The position numbers and the translations under genes were made by a program. Under the pieces are notes generated by a model. It saw nothing but the letters and a program-made list of their open reading frames with translations, was not told the origin of the DNA and did no database searches. A stretch of 64,000 bases of DNA, taken from positions 64,001-128,000 of the forward strand of contig JBDRYB010000003.1 of the NCBI GenBank assembly GCA_039803205.1. The letters are read 5' to 3'. Each line of letters begins with the position of its first letter. Position 1 is the stretch's first letter. Below are positions 37,061-46,765 of this stretch, piece after piece. This DNA is from a candidate division WOR-3 bacterium (lineage in GTDB: Bacteria; Hydrothermota; Hydrothermia; JBDRYB01).

Positions 37061-38191
37061 TTATGCCCCTCGCTTACCAATAGCCTTCCGGTAAAGCGTT
37101 AGGCTTTCTTTGAGCTCTGAAATGCTGTCCCCGCCGAACTTTGCAAGAACAGCATCAAGCAGAACGATCCCCAGGAGCCCCTGAGCGATTACGGCCGCGG
37201 CCGGGGCCGCGCATATGTCTGCCCTTTCCGAGAGGGCTGGCCCAGGCTCAAGGGTATCCACATCAAATGAGGGGAGGGGATCCCTTTGGGTCGGGATTGG
37301 TTTTACCCAGCATCTCACGAGAATGGGCTGGCCGTTTGTCATTCCCCCCTCTATACCTCCGGAGAGGTTGCTCGTCCTCTCAACCCTGCCATCCCTTACA
37401 GAAAATCCATCCATCGCTTCCCGTCCTTCAAGCGTGGATTGCTTTATGCCTTCCCCGATCTCAATTGCCCTGACACCAGGGATTGACATGAGCCAGGCCG
37501 CTATCCTCCCATCCAGCCTCCTTTCGGGTTCCGTATAATCCCCAAGCCCTGGCGGGAGGCCAAGAGCCCCAACAACAAAGGCTCCACCAAGGGTTTTGCC
37601 CAATTCCCTTGCTTTTTCAATTGCCTCAAGGAATCCGATGCTCGCTTCCGGATCCGGAGATGATACCGTTGATTCCTCAGCGAGAACGAGCCTTGCTCCC
37701 AGGGATTCCGGGACCCTCGCGAAAACATCCCCTATCCGCTCAATGTATCGGAAAAGGACGATCCCCAATTCCCCGAGAACAACCGAAGCTATTGCCCCCA
37801 AAGCGGCAAGAGCCGCTGTTGACCTGGCTGATGCCCTTTCCCAGACATCCCTCGTGTCCCCAAAACCCCTCTTGAGGACCCCTGGCCAGTCAGCGTGGCC
37901 CGGCCTGGGATACCTTGCGGGCTCAGATTCCCACTTCTCGCGGGAGCGGTTCCTTATCAGCACTGTTATTGGGCTTCCGATGGTAAGCCCTTTTCTGACT
38001 CCGGATAATATCTCGCACTCATCGGTTTCCCTGTCCATCCTTTCGCTTCTTCCGGGCGCAAGCCGCCTCTGGGACAGGAAAGCCTTTATTGGGTCCTCCG
38101 AGAGCGGAACGCCGGATGGGATCCCTGAGATGATCCCTATAATCCCAGGGCCGTGGGACTCTCCAGCGGTCGCTATTTTCAGCCTCTCCAT
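37061..38191 (-). CDS. aroC: Chorismate synthase
   Basis: TAGESHG, PRPGHAD, ERASARST, GGIEGGMTNG, KPIPT. Confidence 0.95.
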   Translation of the reverse strand: MERLKIATAGESHGPGIIGIISGIPSGVPLSEDPIKAFLSQRRLAPGRSERMDRETDECEILSGVRKGLTIGSPITVLIRNRSREKWESEPARYPRPGHADWPGVLKRGFGDTRDVWERASARSTAALAALGAIASVVLGELGIVLFRYIERIGDVFARVPESLGARLVLAEESTVSSPDPEASIGFLEAIEKARELGKTLGGAFVVGALGLPPGLGDYTEPERRLDGRIAAWLMSIPGVRAIEIGEGIKQSTLEGREAMDGFSVRDGRVERTSNLSGGIEGGMTNGQPILVRCWVKPIPTQRDPLPSFDVDTLEPGPALSERADICAAPAAAVIAQGLLGIVLLDAVLAKFGGDSISELKESLTLYRKAIGKRGA

Positions 38192-38847
38192 GGCGAGAAC
38201 GGGTAAAGGCCCATGGCCTTGCGTATTATCCAGAAGGGAAGGCTCAGAACGAGGCCCGCGAGGAAACCGCCAGCGTGAGCGAGATACGCTATTCCAGCGC
38301 CGCCCTGAGCCGAGGTGAACCAAGCGTTCAAAATCTGGAATCCGATCCAGAATAGGAGATATACGAATGAGGGTATGGCCGCGAGCCCCCCATAGAAGGT
38401 AAAGGTGAGTATCCTTGAACGGGGAAAGAAAATGAGGTAAGCGCCGAGAACTCCGGATATCGCGCCGGACGCCCCAACAAGAGGGATGGAGGAGTCCGGA
38501 AACAGGAGCGCGTGAGCGAAAACAGCGGCAACTCCTGAAAGCACATAGAATACCGGATAAAAAACCTTACCGAGGACATCCTCCACATTGTCCCCGAATA
38601 TCCAGAGGTAAAGCATATTGCCTATTATGTGCATGAGGTTAGCGTGCATGAACATGGAGGAAAAGACGGTCTGCCAATCGTAAAAAGCGAAGAACCTCCT
38701 CGGCACAAACCCCCACTCCTCTATGAACTCCCCGAAGCCAGCTGGGCTGAAGAACTGATAGGCGAAGACCCCTATGTTGATCAGAATAAGGATAACGGTC
38801 CAGATGGGGAACCTGCGATGGCGTTGTTCATCCTTTATGGGTAGCAT
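38179..38847 (-). CDS. Rhomboid intramembrane serine protease
   Basis: SMFMH, HIIGNM, GASGA, AHAGG. Confidence 0.93.
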   Translation of the reverse strand: MLPIKDEQRHRRFPIWTVILILINIGVFAYQFFSPAGFGEFIEEWGFVPRRFFAFYDWQTVFSSMFMHANLMHIIGNMLYLWIFGDNVEDVLGKVFYPVFYVLSGVAAVFAHALLFPDSSIPLVGASGAISGVLGAYLIFFPRSRILTFTFYGGLAAIPSFVYLLFWIGFQILNAWFTSAQGGAGIAYLAHAGGFLAGLVLSLPFWIIRKAMGLYPFSPWRG

Positions 38848-38867
38848 TCCGAAAATTATAATGTTTG

Positions 38868-38939
38868 CTGGGGCGGAAGGACTCGAACCTCCATACCGGG
38901 ATCCAAAGTCCCGTGTCCTGCCTGTTGGACGACGCCCCA
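38868..38939 (-). tRNA. tRNA-Gln(UUG), CCA not encoded
   Basis: tggggcg...cggga-ctTTGga-tcccg...ggagg-ttcgagt-ccttc-cgcccca-g cloverleaf. Confidence 0.95.
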
Positions 38940-39016
38940 GGAAGAGGTTAATTATAAACGGACAGCCCGCTGATAAACCATTTGAATCATAACTGACCAG
39001 ATAGCGAACTCGTGCC

Positions 39017-40312
39017 TCAGATAGCCCCGAGTATCAACCGAGCGCCGCTCCGCCTGTGGGGCGAGATACGGGCCGCGCGCTCAAGCCTCTCAAGGGCTGG
39101 TTCCAAGCTCCTTGGATCGTTGAGCTTCAAGGTGAAAAGGGCATCCCCAGCCGCAACGCTATCGCCAACCTTCTTGTGAACAATTACGCCGACTTTGTGA
39201 TCTATCGCGTCCTCTACCCTCTGTCTCCCGGCACCGAGAATGGTAGCCCCCACACCAACCTCATAAGCGTCAACGCTTGCCATGAAGCCAGATGAAGAAG
39301 CCCTCAGATCGTATTCTATGGCTGTATGAGTGAATTCATCCCGCCCAATAGCACAGAAATCCCCTCCGTGGGCCTCCACCATCTGCCTGAACCTCTCAAG
39401 CGCACTGCCATCATCAAGCTTGTGGTTCAAAAGCCCTCTCGCCTCATCAAGCCCTGCTATCCCTGCCACCTCAAGCATTTGTGCTGACAATTCAACGGAG
39501 AGCTCTCTGACATCAGGAGGCCCCTTGCCAGAAAGGACCTCTACTGCCTCTTTTACCTCAAGCGCGTTGCCCACAGCCCGGCCAAGGGGTTCATCCATAG
39601 CGGTTATCAGGGCCCTGAACGCTTTCCCTTTTGCCTTCAAAACATCCCTTATTGAAGTGGCGAGCGCAACGGCCTCGTTTTCCGTCTTCATGAAAGCCCC
39701 GCGGCCGCACTTCACATCAAGGACGAGGCCAGAGATCCCCTCAGAGAGCTTCTTTGAGGCTATTGAAGCGGTAATAAGCGGAATGCTTTCAACTGTTCCG
39801 GTGGCATCGCGGAGCGCGTAGAGCTTTCTGTCAGCGGGGGCGATTTCATCCGTTTGCCCCATTATTGAACAACCAACCGAGAGGACGATCCTCCTGAAAT
39901 CCTCAAGGGGGAGCTTAGCGTTGTAGCCCGGAATGGACTCAAGCTTGTCAAGGGTTCCGCCCGTGTGGCCGAGGCTCCTGCCTGAGAGCATGGGAACCCG
40001 GACCCCGCAAGAAGCGACCAGGGGCGCGAGTATGAGGCTTATCTTGTCCCCGACCCCTCCCGTTGAGTGCTTATCCATGTAGATACCCTCTGGCCACTTA
40101 AGCGTGCGGCCTGAGGCCACCATTGCATCCGTGAGGTAAAGGGTCTCCTCAGGGGTCATTCCCCTTATGAATATTGCCATGAGAAGGGCTGATGCCTGGT
40201 AATCCGGAATGTTTCCGGCGCCGAGCTCACAGACGAACCAATCTATCTCCTTTCGGCTGAGGGCGAGCCCGTCCCGCTTTTTCGCTATGATCTCAGTGGC
40301 TATAAGACCCAA
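39017..40312 (-). CDS. pdp: Pyrimidine-nucleoside/thymidine phosphorylase
   Basis: DKHSTGGVGDK, SGRSLGHTGGTLDKLESIPG, DVKCGRGAFMK. Confidence 0.95.
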   Translation of the reverse strand: MGLIATEIIAKKRDGLALSRKEIDWFVCELGAGNIPDYQASALLMAIFIRGMTPEETLYLTDAMVASGRTLKWPEGIYMDKHSTGGVGDKISLILAPLVASCGVRVPMLSGRSLGHTGGTLDKLESIPGYNAKLPLEDFRRIVLSVGCSIMGQTDEIAPADRKLYALRDATGTVESIPLITASIASKKLSEGISGLVLDVKCGRGAFMKTENEAVALATSIRDVLKAKGKAFRALITAMDEPLGRAVGNALEVKEAVEVLSGKGPPDVRELSVELSAQMLEVAGIAGLDEARGLLNHKLDDGSALERFRQMVEAHGGDFCAIGRDEFTHTAIEYDLRASSSGFMASVDAYEVGVGATILGAGRQRVEDAIDHKVGVIVHKKVGDSVAAGDALFTLKLNDPRSLEPALERLERAARISPHRRSGARLILGAI

Positions 40313-40313
40313 A

Positions 40314-40676
40314 CTATTCCCTGATCTTTATTGAATAGCCTATCGCTCCCTTTATGACCGATGAGATATATTCCTCTGGGGACGAGGCATCCATGCCCCT
40401 CATGGGAATGAACACGACTATTGGCGAAACAGACTCAAAAACCCGAGCAGAGAGCCTTGGGGAAAGGTGTCCCGCAAGGGATTCCTCAACTAGCACGAGA
40501 CCCCATTTCCCAGCGTTCATGACATCACCGAGGAGCTCCTCAATCTGGCCCGGCTCAGCCGAGAGGGTGTCCGCGCCGGCTATCTGGAAGCCGGGAAGGT
40601 ATTCCGGAGGCGCAATTACAAGGACTTTCCTCCCTCCGGATGGGCTGGGGGTTTGTTCCATATAGCCTTCAACCAT
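40314..40676 (-). CDS. V/A-type ATP synthase subunit F
   Basis: KVLVIA...GFQIAG...GLVLVEE...PIVVFIP...IKGAIGYSI. Confidence 0.8.
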   Translation of the reverse strand: MVEGYMEQTPSPSGGRKVLVIAPPEYLPGFQIAGADTLSAEPGQIEELLGDVMNAGKWGLVLVEESLAGHLSPRLSARVFESVSPIVVFIPMRGMDASSPEEYISSVIKGAIGYSIKIRE

Positions 40677-40699
40677 GGAGAAATTTTAAGCCTGCGGCA

Positions 40700-41180
40700 T
40701 GGGAGGATTCAAACCCTTTCGCTTGCCATGAGCTCTCACATACTCCAGAAACAGGTTCTGATGCAGGATAGCCTGGCGTATTCTCCTCGCGATCGTTCAA
40801 GACACAGGAGTGCCTTGGTGAAGACGCTATACCTCCTCTCGTAGCTCGTGAGGCTGGATATGAAGGTGGAGAATGAGGAAAGCGCAAGCGAGGAATATGG
40901 CCTTTATCACTCCCTTGAGATGCTCAAGTCCCTCGTATGTCTTTGAGGACTTGAGTGTCTCCTCAACGAGGAACCTCCTTGCTTGATATTTGTGGAGAAA
41001 GGGTCATATTTTTTCTCCTTTCCCGGCCCTTCCTCCTTGGGGCCGGGATTATACCCAACTTTGACACCTCATTTTCTCAGCGGATCACGCCCCAAGGAGT
41101 TGGCACCACGATCAGTTGGCCTATACCCTGAATATCCTCTGGAGTTCTGTATTTCCAGGGCCTTGAATATCATTCGGGAA
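40700..41180 (-). mobile_element. Eroded IS remnants (IS4/IS1634-like transposase fragment and terminal sequence)
   Basis: Minus strand KYQARRFLVEETLKSSKTYEGLEHL resembles YREK motif; 41053-41136 is homologous to 48010-48102. Confidence 0.55.
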
Positions 41181-41263
41181 AGACCCCGTTTATCGGAAAG
41201 ACAAGCTCCGCGATCCGGCCCCAATTCGGCCTCTGAGGGCCAAACCCTTATCTGGCGAGGGTC

Positions 41264-42733
41264 TTAGGCCTTATACGCCCACTCCCTCAGGAACCTCTCC
41301 GCCCTCTCCAGCTCCGGGACCAGGAACCTGTCTCCCGTGCCTGGCCTCACATCCTCAAGGTATTTCTCGTATAGCTCAGAGAGCCTGCCCTTTGGCTTCT
41401 TTCCGGACAATCTGAGGGCTTCTGCCGCGGCCAGCATCTCCCCAGCGAGAATCCTCCAAGCGTTCCTCGCTATCTCCCTTGCCTTGAGAACAGCGTTCGC
41501 TGACATGGGAACCATATCCTCCTGGCCCCCTGATGTTGGTATGGAATCAACTGAAGCAGGGTGCGAGAGGGTTTTGCTCAGGGAAACCAAAGAGGCCTGG
41601 GCGGTCTGAAGGAGCATTAGTCCGGATTGTAGGCCGGGGTTCTCGGAGAGAAACAGCGGCAGTCCCCCTCTTCCCGATAGCAGAAGGAATGTCCGTCTTT
41701 CGGAAACAGAGGCAAGGGTCGCAAGGCATATGGACACGATATCCCCTCCAAGAGCGAGGTGCTGAGCGTGGAAGTTGCCGCATGAATAGACATTATTGCC
41801 AACCACGAGAGGGTTGTCGGTCGCCGAGTTTATCTCCACCGAGAGGATGCCCTTCACAAAAGCAATCCCATCCCTAGCCGCTCCATGAACTTGGGGCATG
41901 CATCTGAGGGAATAGGGGTCCTGGACATCTGGTCCGGGCTGAAGATCCCTCGTCAGCTCAAAGATCTTCTCACCCGATGCCACCTGGCCGGGATGCGGCC
42001 TCAGCTTCATTACATCGGGGTGAAACTGATCGGGCCTCGTGCCGGCCGCCCAAAATGTGAGCGCGCCAACGACATCAGCCGCATCCAAAAGCCTTTCTGC
42101 CTCAGAGAGGAGAACCGCTAGTAGCCCCGCGGTGAACTGGGTTCCGTTTATGAGAGCGAGGGCCTCGCGCGCTTCAAGCGTGAGCGGTTCCATTCCCCTT
42201 TCCTTGAAAGCGATCGTGGACGAAACCCTCCTGCCACCAGAAACAATAACCTCTCCCTCTCCGATCAGGGCAAGCGCCATGTGAGCGAGGGGCGCGAGGT
42301 CCCCTGAGGCGCCCACAGAACCAAGGGAAGGTATGACAGGGAGGAGATCCCTATTGAGCATCTCCAGAAGGAATTCCACCACCTCAGGCCTTATGCCGGA
42401 GTGGCCTTTGGCTAGGGCGTTGGCCCGCAGGAGCACCACAGCCCTCGTCTCCTCCGGGGTTATTGGTTCGCCGCATCCAACCGCGTGGCTACGGATGATG
42501 TTGAGCTGAAACTGACGGAGCTCGCTGGGCCTGAGGACCACATGGGCTAGCTTGCCAAGCCCTGTGTTGAATCCGTAAACGGCCCTTTTTTTTGCCGCAG
42601 ATTCAAGGGCCTGCCTGGACCGGAGGAGACGCTCGCGAGAGCTTGGGCTCAAAGAGACCTTCACACCGCCACCGGCAACCCTTAATACATCTTCAAAGGA
42701 AAGGGAGTTTCCGTCAATGCAGATCTCTTCCAT
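41264..42733 (-). CDS. hutH: Histidine ammonia-lyase
   Basis: VYGFNTGLG, GASGDLAPLAH (MIO), LINGT, QDPYSLRCMPQVHG, NSATDNP. Confidence 0.92.
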   Translation of the reverse strand: MEEICIDGNSLSFEDVLRVAGGGVKVSLSPSSRERLLRSRQALESAAKKRAVYGFNTGLGKLAHVVLRPSELRQFQLNIIRSHAVGCGEPITPEETRAVVLLRANALAKGHSGIRPEVVEFLLEMLNRDLLPVIPSLGSVGASGDLAPLAHMALALIGEGEVIVSGGRRVSSTIAFKERGMEPLTLEAREALALINGTQFTAGLLAVLLSEAERLLDAADVVGALTFWAAGTRPDQFHPDVMKLRPHPGQVASGEKIFELTRDLQPGPDVQDPYSLRCMPQVHGAARDGIAFVKGILSVEINSATDNPLVVGNNVYSCGNFHAQHLALGGDIVSICLATLASVSERRTFLLLSGRGGLPLFLSENPGLQSGLMLLQTAQASLVSLSKTLSHPASVDSIPTSGGQEDMVPMSANAVLKAREIARNAWRILAGEMLAAAEALRLSGKKPKGRLSELYEKYLEDVRPGTGDRFLVPELERAERFLREWAYKA

Positions 42734-42769
42734 AAGCGGGAAAATTATATCACCTAAGGGCAGGCCGTA

Positions 42770-43699
42770 TCACTTTGGCTTATACCTATAGAGGGCTTCA
42801 AGCGCTATGACAGTCGTCAGCTCCGGACTACCAAAGCAGTAGCCCTTCTTTATGTAAAAAGCGAATCCAGGCCAAGAACCATCATCCCTCTGAGAAGCTG
42901 TGAGGCTTGATATCGCATCATCCAGCTCCGGCCCATCGTATCCGAGATTAATAAGGGTGTTTGCCGCCAGGGCGATGTTCAGAGGACTTCCGTATGGTCT
43001 GAGCGATAGGGTTTTGGCAAGGATGACCTTTGACCACTCTGCCCTTAAGGAGTCCGGAATGGCCCCTGGCTCATCCCTGATAAGCCTGCTCATTGTGTAA
43101 TAAAAAGCAAGGGGTGACCAGCAATAATGAAGCGATGGGTCTCTGACCTGGCTGTCCATGAACCCCAAAAACCTCTCGTCCCTGTATCCCAGATGAAAGA
43201 GCCACCTGGCAACATTTGAGTTGACCTCAGCGTCAATGTCGTTGGCTTTTGCGCCCTTTGTCATCCAGGTGAAGAACCCGCCTGAGCTGTCCTGCCAAGC
43301 CAGAAGCGCATCCTTGTTATCAAGTTCATAACCGAAAAGCGCTAGCTCGTATGAAATAGCCGAAACATCATCCGCGTCGGGCTCGCATGACCTTCTCAGC
43401 GGATAGTATTTGAAAAGGTCTCCGGGCAATCTCCGTTCATAGAGCCGTGCCGCGGCCTTGACTGAGGCCTCTTTCAGCTCAGCGGAGGATGAGAACCTTG
43501 CCGTGTTGAGAAGAAAGCTCGTGCCGAAATCCGTTGTATCAAGCCATGCCTCTCTCAGAAAGCTGTCCGATTGGACCGAGCGGAGAACCGGGAGCCTAAG
43601 GGAATCTCCGAGGCTAGAAAGAACAAAGGCCTCCCCTTTTGCTATTGCGATGAAAAGACTGCCAGGGAAGGAAAGAAGAACAAATCCCAAGATCGTCAT
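42770..43699 (-). CDS. Exported protein with prenyltransferase/squalene-cyclase-like repeats
   Basis: DADD, QDSSGGF, DIDAEVNSN, QRDDGSW; short hydrophobic N-terminus. Confidence 0.55.
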   Translation of the reverse strand: MTILGFVLLSFPGSLFIAIAKGEAFVLSSLGDSLRLPVLRSVQSDSFLREAWLDTTDFGTSFLLNTARFSSSAELKEASVKAAARLYERRLPGDLFKYYPLRRSCEPDADDVSAISYELALFGYELDNKDALLAWQDSSGGFFTWMTKGAKANDIDAEVNSNVARWLFHLGYRDERFLGFMDSQVRDPSLHYCWSPLAFYYTMSRLIRDEPGAIPDSLRAEWSKVILAKTLSLRPYGSPLNIALAANTLINLGYDGPELDDAISSLTASQRDDGSWPGFAFYIKKGYCFGSPELTTVIALEALYRYKPK

Positions 43700-43797
43700 C
43701 TTGAAAATTATAGGATGGAACTGAGACGCTTGGCAAAGATTTTAACGCTCCGACCTCAGGTCCCTGGTTGGGCCAGGCTGATCCTTTTTCTAGATGT

Positions 43798-45075
43798 TCA
43801 TGCTTTCTGGGAATGTTTTCGTATCCACAAAACCCACCCGCCCTGGGCCATTATTGCGGAAAAAACATAGAAAGGCGCCACAACCCTCTCGTCCATCACG
43901 GGCCCCGGGGTCAAGAGGAACCAGAGCGCTCCTACACCCAAGAATGCCGCTTTCAGCCTCATCCTTTTCCGCCAGAACGCGAAGCCAACAGCGGACAGAA
44001 GAAGGACGAGGATCTTCACCAGGCTGTCGGTGAAATCCTGAAGCATGCTTGAGAAAAATCCCTTTGGCAGAAAGAACCTCGTAGTATATTTCAGGTGACA
44101 GAGCGCGTATCCGGCCAGGTCGTTCATTATCATCTCCCTGCCCTGTTTTGCCATATCGGATATGAGGGCGGCCTTAGCCCTGTCATCATTCTCTATTCCC
44201 AGTTCCTTTACCCTTCTCTTGTAATTATCCCTGGCCAGCGCATACTGGCTCATGTATCCCCACCCGAAACCCCACGCTTTCTCCTGGCCAGTCTGCTGGG
44301 CGTATAGGGCTGAGGAGAGGAAAAAGGCCGTGTTAACATCTGGTATCTGTGAAAAAGCAAAGCGGCCATAGAGGTTCTGGTTCCTCCAGCACCAGAGGAG
44401 AACAGGCAGTCCCATTATCGCCATACCGAGAAGGGAATACGCCCTTGTCCTTTTGCCAAAAAGCCCTATCGCCATCAGGATGAACCCTATGAACATCCCG
44501 GTGGGCTTTGTGAATGCCATGAGGATACCGGCGCCCGATAGGGCGAGGGTCTTTCTCCAGTCGGGCGAATCCAGGAAACTCATCCCTGAAACAGCGAAAA
44601 GGGCCGTGGCCATCAAGAAGGTGATATCGGAAAGGATGAATATCGGGAAGACCACCATATAGGAATAAAGGATGAGAAGACCGAGCCACCCCTGCCCCAC
44701 TTCTCTTTTCAGAAGCCTATATATGACCAGTCCAGCGAACCCCTTGAAGAGGCAGTTTATTGTGAAGTGCCATATCTCAAAAGGTCCTGGGATGAGATCA
44801 ACGACTAGCAATATGAGCGGGTAGACAGGAGGCCTGTCAAACCAAAGCACATGATCCGGAAGGTCTGGGTGGGGATAAGATTTGAGGATGACCGAGAAAC
44901 CATGCCTGAGAATGTCCGAGGCCGCGGCCATGTAATCCTTCGTGTCTGCCCAGAAATACGCCAGGTTTGGGCTCCCAATTAGGGCAATGAGGCCGGGGAT
45001 GCCGAGCATGAATGGCAATAAGATTATGAAACCATATCTCAGAGCAACCCGCCAATCAAAACCCCTTGGCCTCAC
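43798..45075 (-). CDS. GT-C membrane glycosyltransferase (ArnT/PMT-like)
   Basis: DTKDY, RPPVYP, ILSD, TKP, WCWRN; many TM helices. Confidence 0.7.
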   Translation of the reverse strand: MRPRGFDWRVALRYGFIILLPFMLGIPGLIALIGSPNLAYFWADTKDYMAAASDILRHGFSVILKSYPHPDLPDHVLWFDRPPVYPLILLVVDLIPGPFEIWHFTINCLFKGFAGLVIYRLLKREVGQGWLGLLILYSYMVVFPIFILSDITFLMATALFAVSGMSFLDSPDWRKTLALSGAGILMAFTKPTGMFIGFILMAIGLFGKRTRAYSLLGMAIMGLPVLLWCWRNQNLYGRFAFSQIPDVNTAFFLSSALYAQQTGQEKAWGFGWGYMSQYALARDNYKRRVKELGIENDDRAKAALISDMAKQGREMIMNDLAGYALCHLKYTTRFFLPKGFFSSMLQDFTDSLVKILVLLLSAVGFAFWRKRMRLKAAFLGVGALWFLLTPGPVMDERVVAPFYVFSAIMAQGGWVLWIRKHSQKA

Positions 45076-45097
45076 CCCAAAATTATATCTTGACGCC

Positions 45098-45439
45098 TCA
45101 CCTGATCTCAAGAAATGGCCTTATCGCCTCAAGCTTCTTCTCGGTTATCCCCTTTACCTCAAGAAGGTCCTCAATCCGCTTGAACCCGCCTTTTTGTTCC
45201 CTTGCCTCAATTATCCTTTGGGCGGTCTTCGGCCCTATCCCCGGAAGGCCCTCAAGCTCCTCGGCGGAAGCCGCGTTCAGGTTGATCTTCTTTATGTAGA
45301 CCTCCTCTGTCTCCGGGAAGCTCTCAGGGGCCACCGGTTTTGAGTGCAGGGCAAGCCTCCCAAGGAAAATGATGAGGGTCCCCAGCAGAAAGGAACCCAG
45401 AGCAAAGATCAAAGCCCGCTTCTCTCCGGGGTTCACCAT
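45098..45439 (-). CDS. comEA: ComEA family helix-hairpin-helix DNA-binding protein
   Basis: INLNAASAEELEGLPGIGPKTAQRII, DLLEVKGI; N-terminal TM. Confidence 0.88.
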   Translation of the reverse strand: MVNPGEKRALIFALGSFLLGTLIIFLGRLALHSKPVAPESFPETEEVYIKKINLNAASAEELEGLPGIGPKTAQRIIEAREQKGGFKRIEDLLEVKGITEKKLEAIRPFLEIR

Positions 45440-45520
45440 TATATTATAAGGGGGAAGCAGATTGTCCTTCATTTGGAGCGCTTTGCAAGCATCAGCCCGA
45501 AAGCCTTAGAATATATCCCT

Positions 45521-46765
45521 GTGCGAATAGGCGTTGTTGGAGCTGGTTATGTTGGTTTGGCCACGAGCGTTGGGCTTTCAAAGAAGGGCCATGCGGTCGT
45601 ATGCGTGGACAGGGATGAGAAAAAGATCAGCGCCTTAGCCAATCGCGAGTCCCCAGCTGGCGAGCCCGGTTACCCGGATGAGGCCTTGGGGGCCCTTGAG
45701 CAGTCTAGATTGAAATTTACCACGGATTACAAAGATCTTGAGGGTTCTGAGGCTATATTTCTCGCTGTGGGCACCCCCGTCTTGACTGGCGGAGCGCCTG
45801 ATCTCTCTATGCTTTGGGCCGCGGGGGCTGACTCCGCGAGGGTTGAACCGTCTGCCCTTTTGGTGATAAAGAGCACGGCCCCCCCTGGCACAGCGAGGCG
45901 TTTGGCCGAGATGACGGGATCGCGCGTTGCCTCAAATCCGGAGTTCCTGAGGGAGGGCCGCGCGATATACGATTTTCTGGAGCCTTCAAGGATAGTAATA
46001 GGAGCTGATCAGCCGGGCGACGCGGATATGCTTCTAGAGATATACGAGAGCTTTGACGCGCCGAAGTTTATAACGGATACCACAACAGCCGAGCTAAGCA
46101 AGTATGCCTCAAACCTCTTTCTCGCCTTGAAGGTGTCCTTTGCAAACCTAATAGCGGATATAGCCCGGGCAACCGGTGCCTCGGGCTCAGAGGCCCTCAG
46201 GGCCGCTGGAATGGACCCGCGCATAGGGGAGAAATACCTCTCTCCTGGCCTTGGATGGGGAGGCTCATGTCTCCCGAAGGACCTCTCTGCGATGGTCCGG
46301 CTTTGCAAGGATAAAGGAATCGATCCAGCCCTCCTTGAGGCCGCAGAGGAAATAAACCGCTCCCGGATAGACCTCGTTGTTGATCTGCTCAAGAGACGGC
46401 TCGGTTCCCTTTCTGGAAAAGAGATAACCTTACTCGGATTGTCTTTCAAGGGGGGGACTTCGGATACCAATCAGTCTCAGGCGATCAAGCTGGCAAGGGC
46501 ACTTTCAGAGGAGGGTTCTGCCGTGAGGGCATACGATCCAAAGGCCGTTGTTCCTGGGATAAAGCAGTTCTCAGAGCCGCTTACAGCCCTCTCGGGTGCG
46601 CACGCCGCGGTCGTTGCCACTGATTGGGAGGAATTTTCCAGCCTCAATCCCGATGAGGTAAAGAATGCCATGCGCTTTCCAATAATCGTGGATGCCCGAG
46701 GCCTCCTGCCAGTAAGGGATTTCAGAGCGAGGGGGATTGAAGTAATAAGGTTGGACGAACCTTGA
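45521..46765 (+). CDS. ugd: UDP-glucose/GDP-mannose dehydrogenase
   Basis: GAGYVG, AVGTP, IKST, NPEFLREG, GGSCLPKD. Confidence 0.92.
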   Translation: MRIGVVGAGYVGLATSVGLSKKGHAVVCVDRDEKKISALANRESPAGEPGYPDEALGALEQSRLKFTTDYKDLEGSEAIFLAVGTPVLTGGAPDLSMLWAAGADSARVEPSALLVIKSTAPPGTARRLAEMTGSRVASNPEFLREGRAIYDFLEPSRIVIGADQPGDADMLLEIYESFDAPKFITDTTTAELSKYASNLFLALKVSFANLIADIARATGASGSEALRAAGMDPRIGEKYLSPGLGWGGSCLPKDLSAMVRLCKDKGIDPALLEAAEEINRSRIDLVVDLLKRRLGSLSGKEITLLGLSFKGGTSDTNQSQAIKLARALSEEGSAVRAYDPKAVVPGIKQFSEPLTALSGAHAAVVATDWEEFSSLNPDEVKNAMRFPIIVDARGLLPVRDFRARGIEVIRLDEP

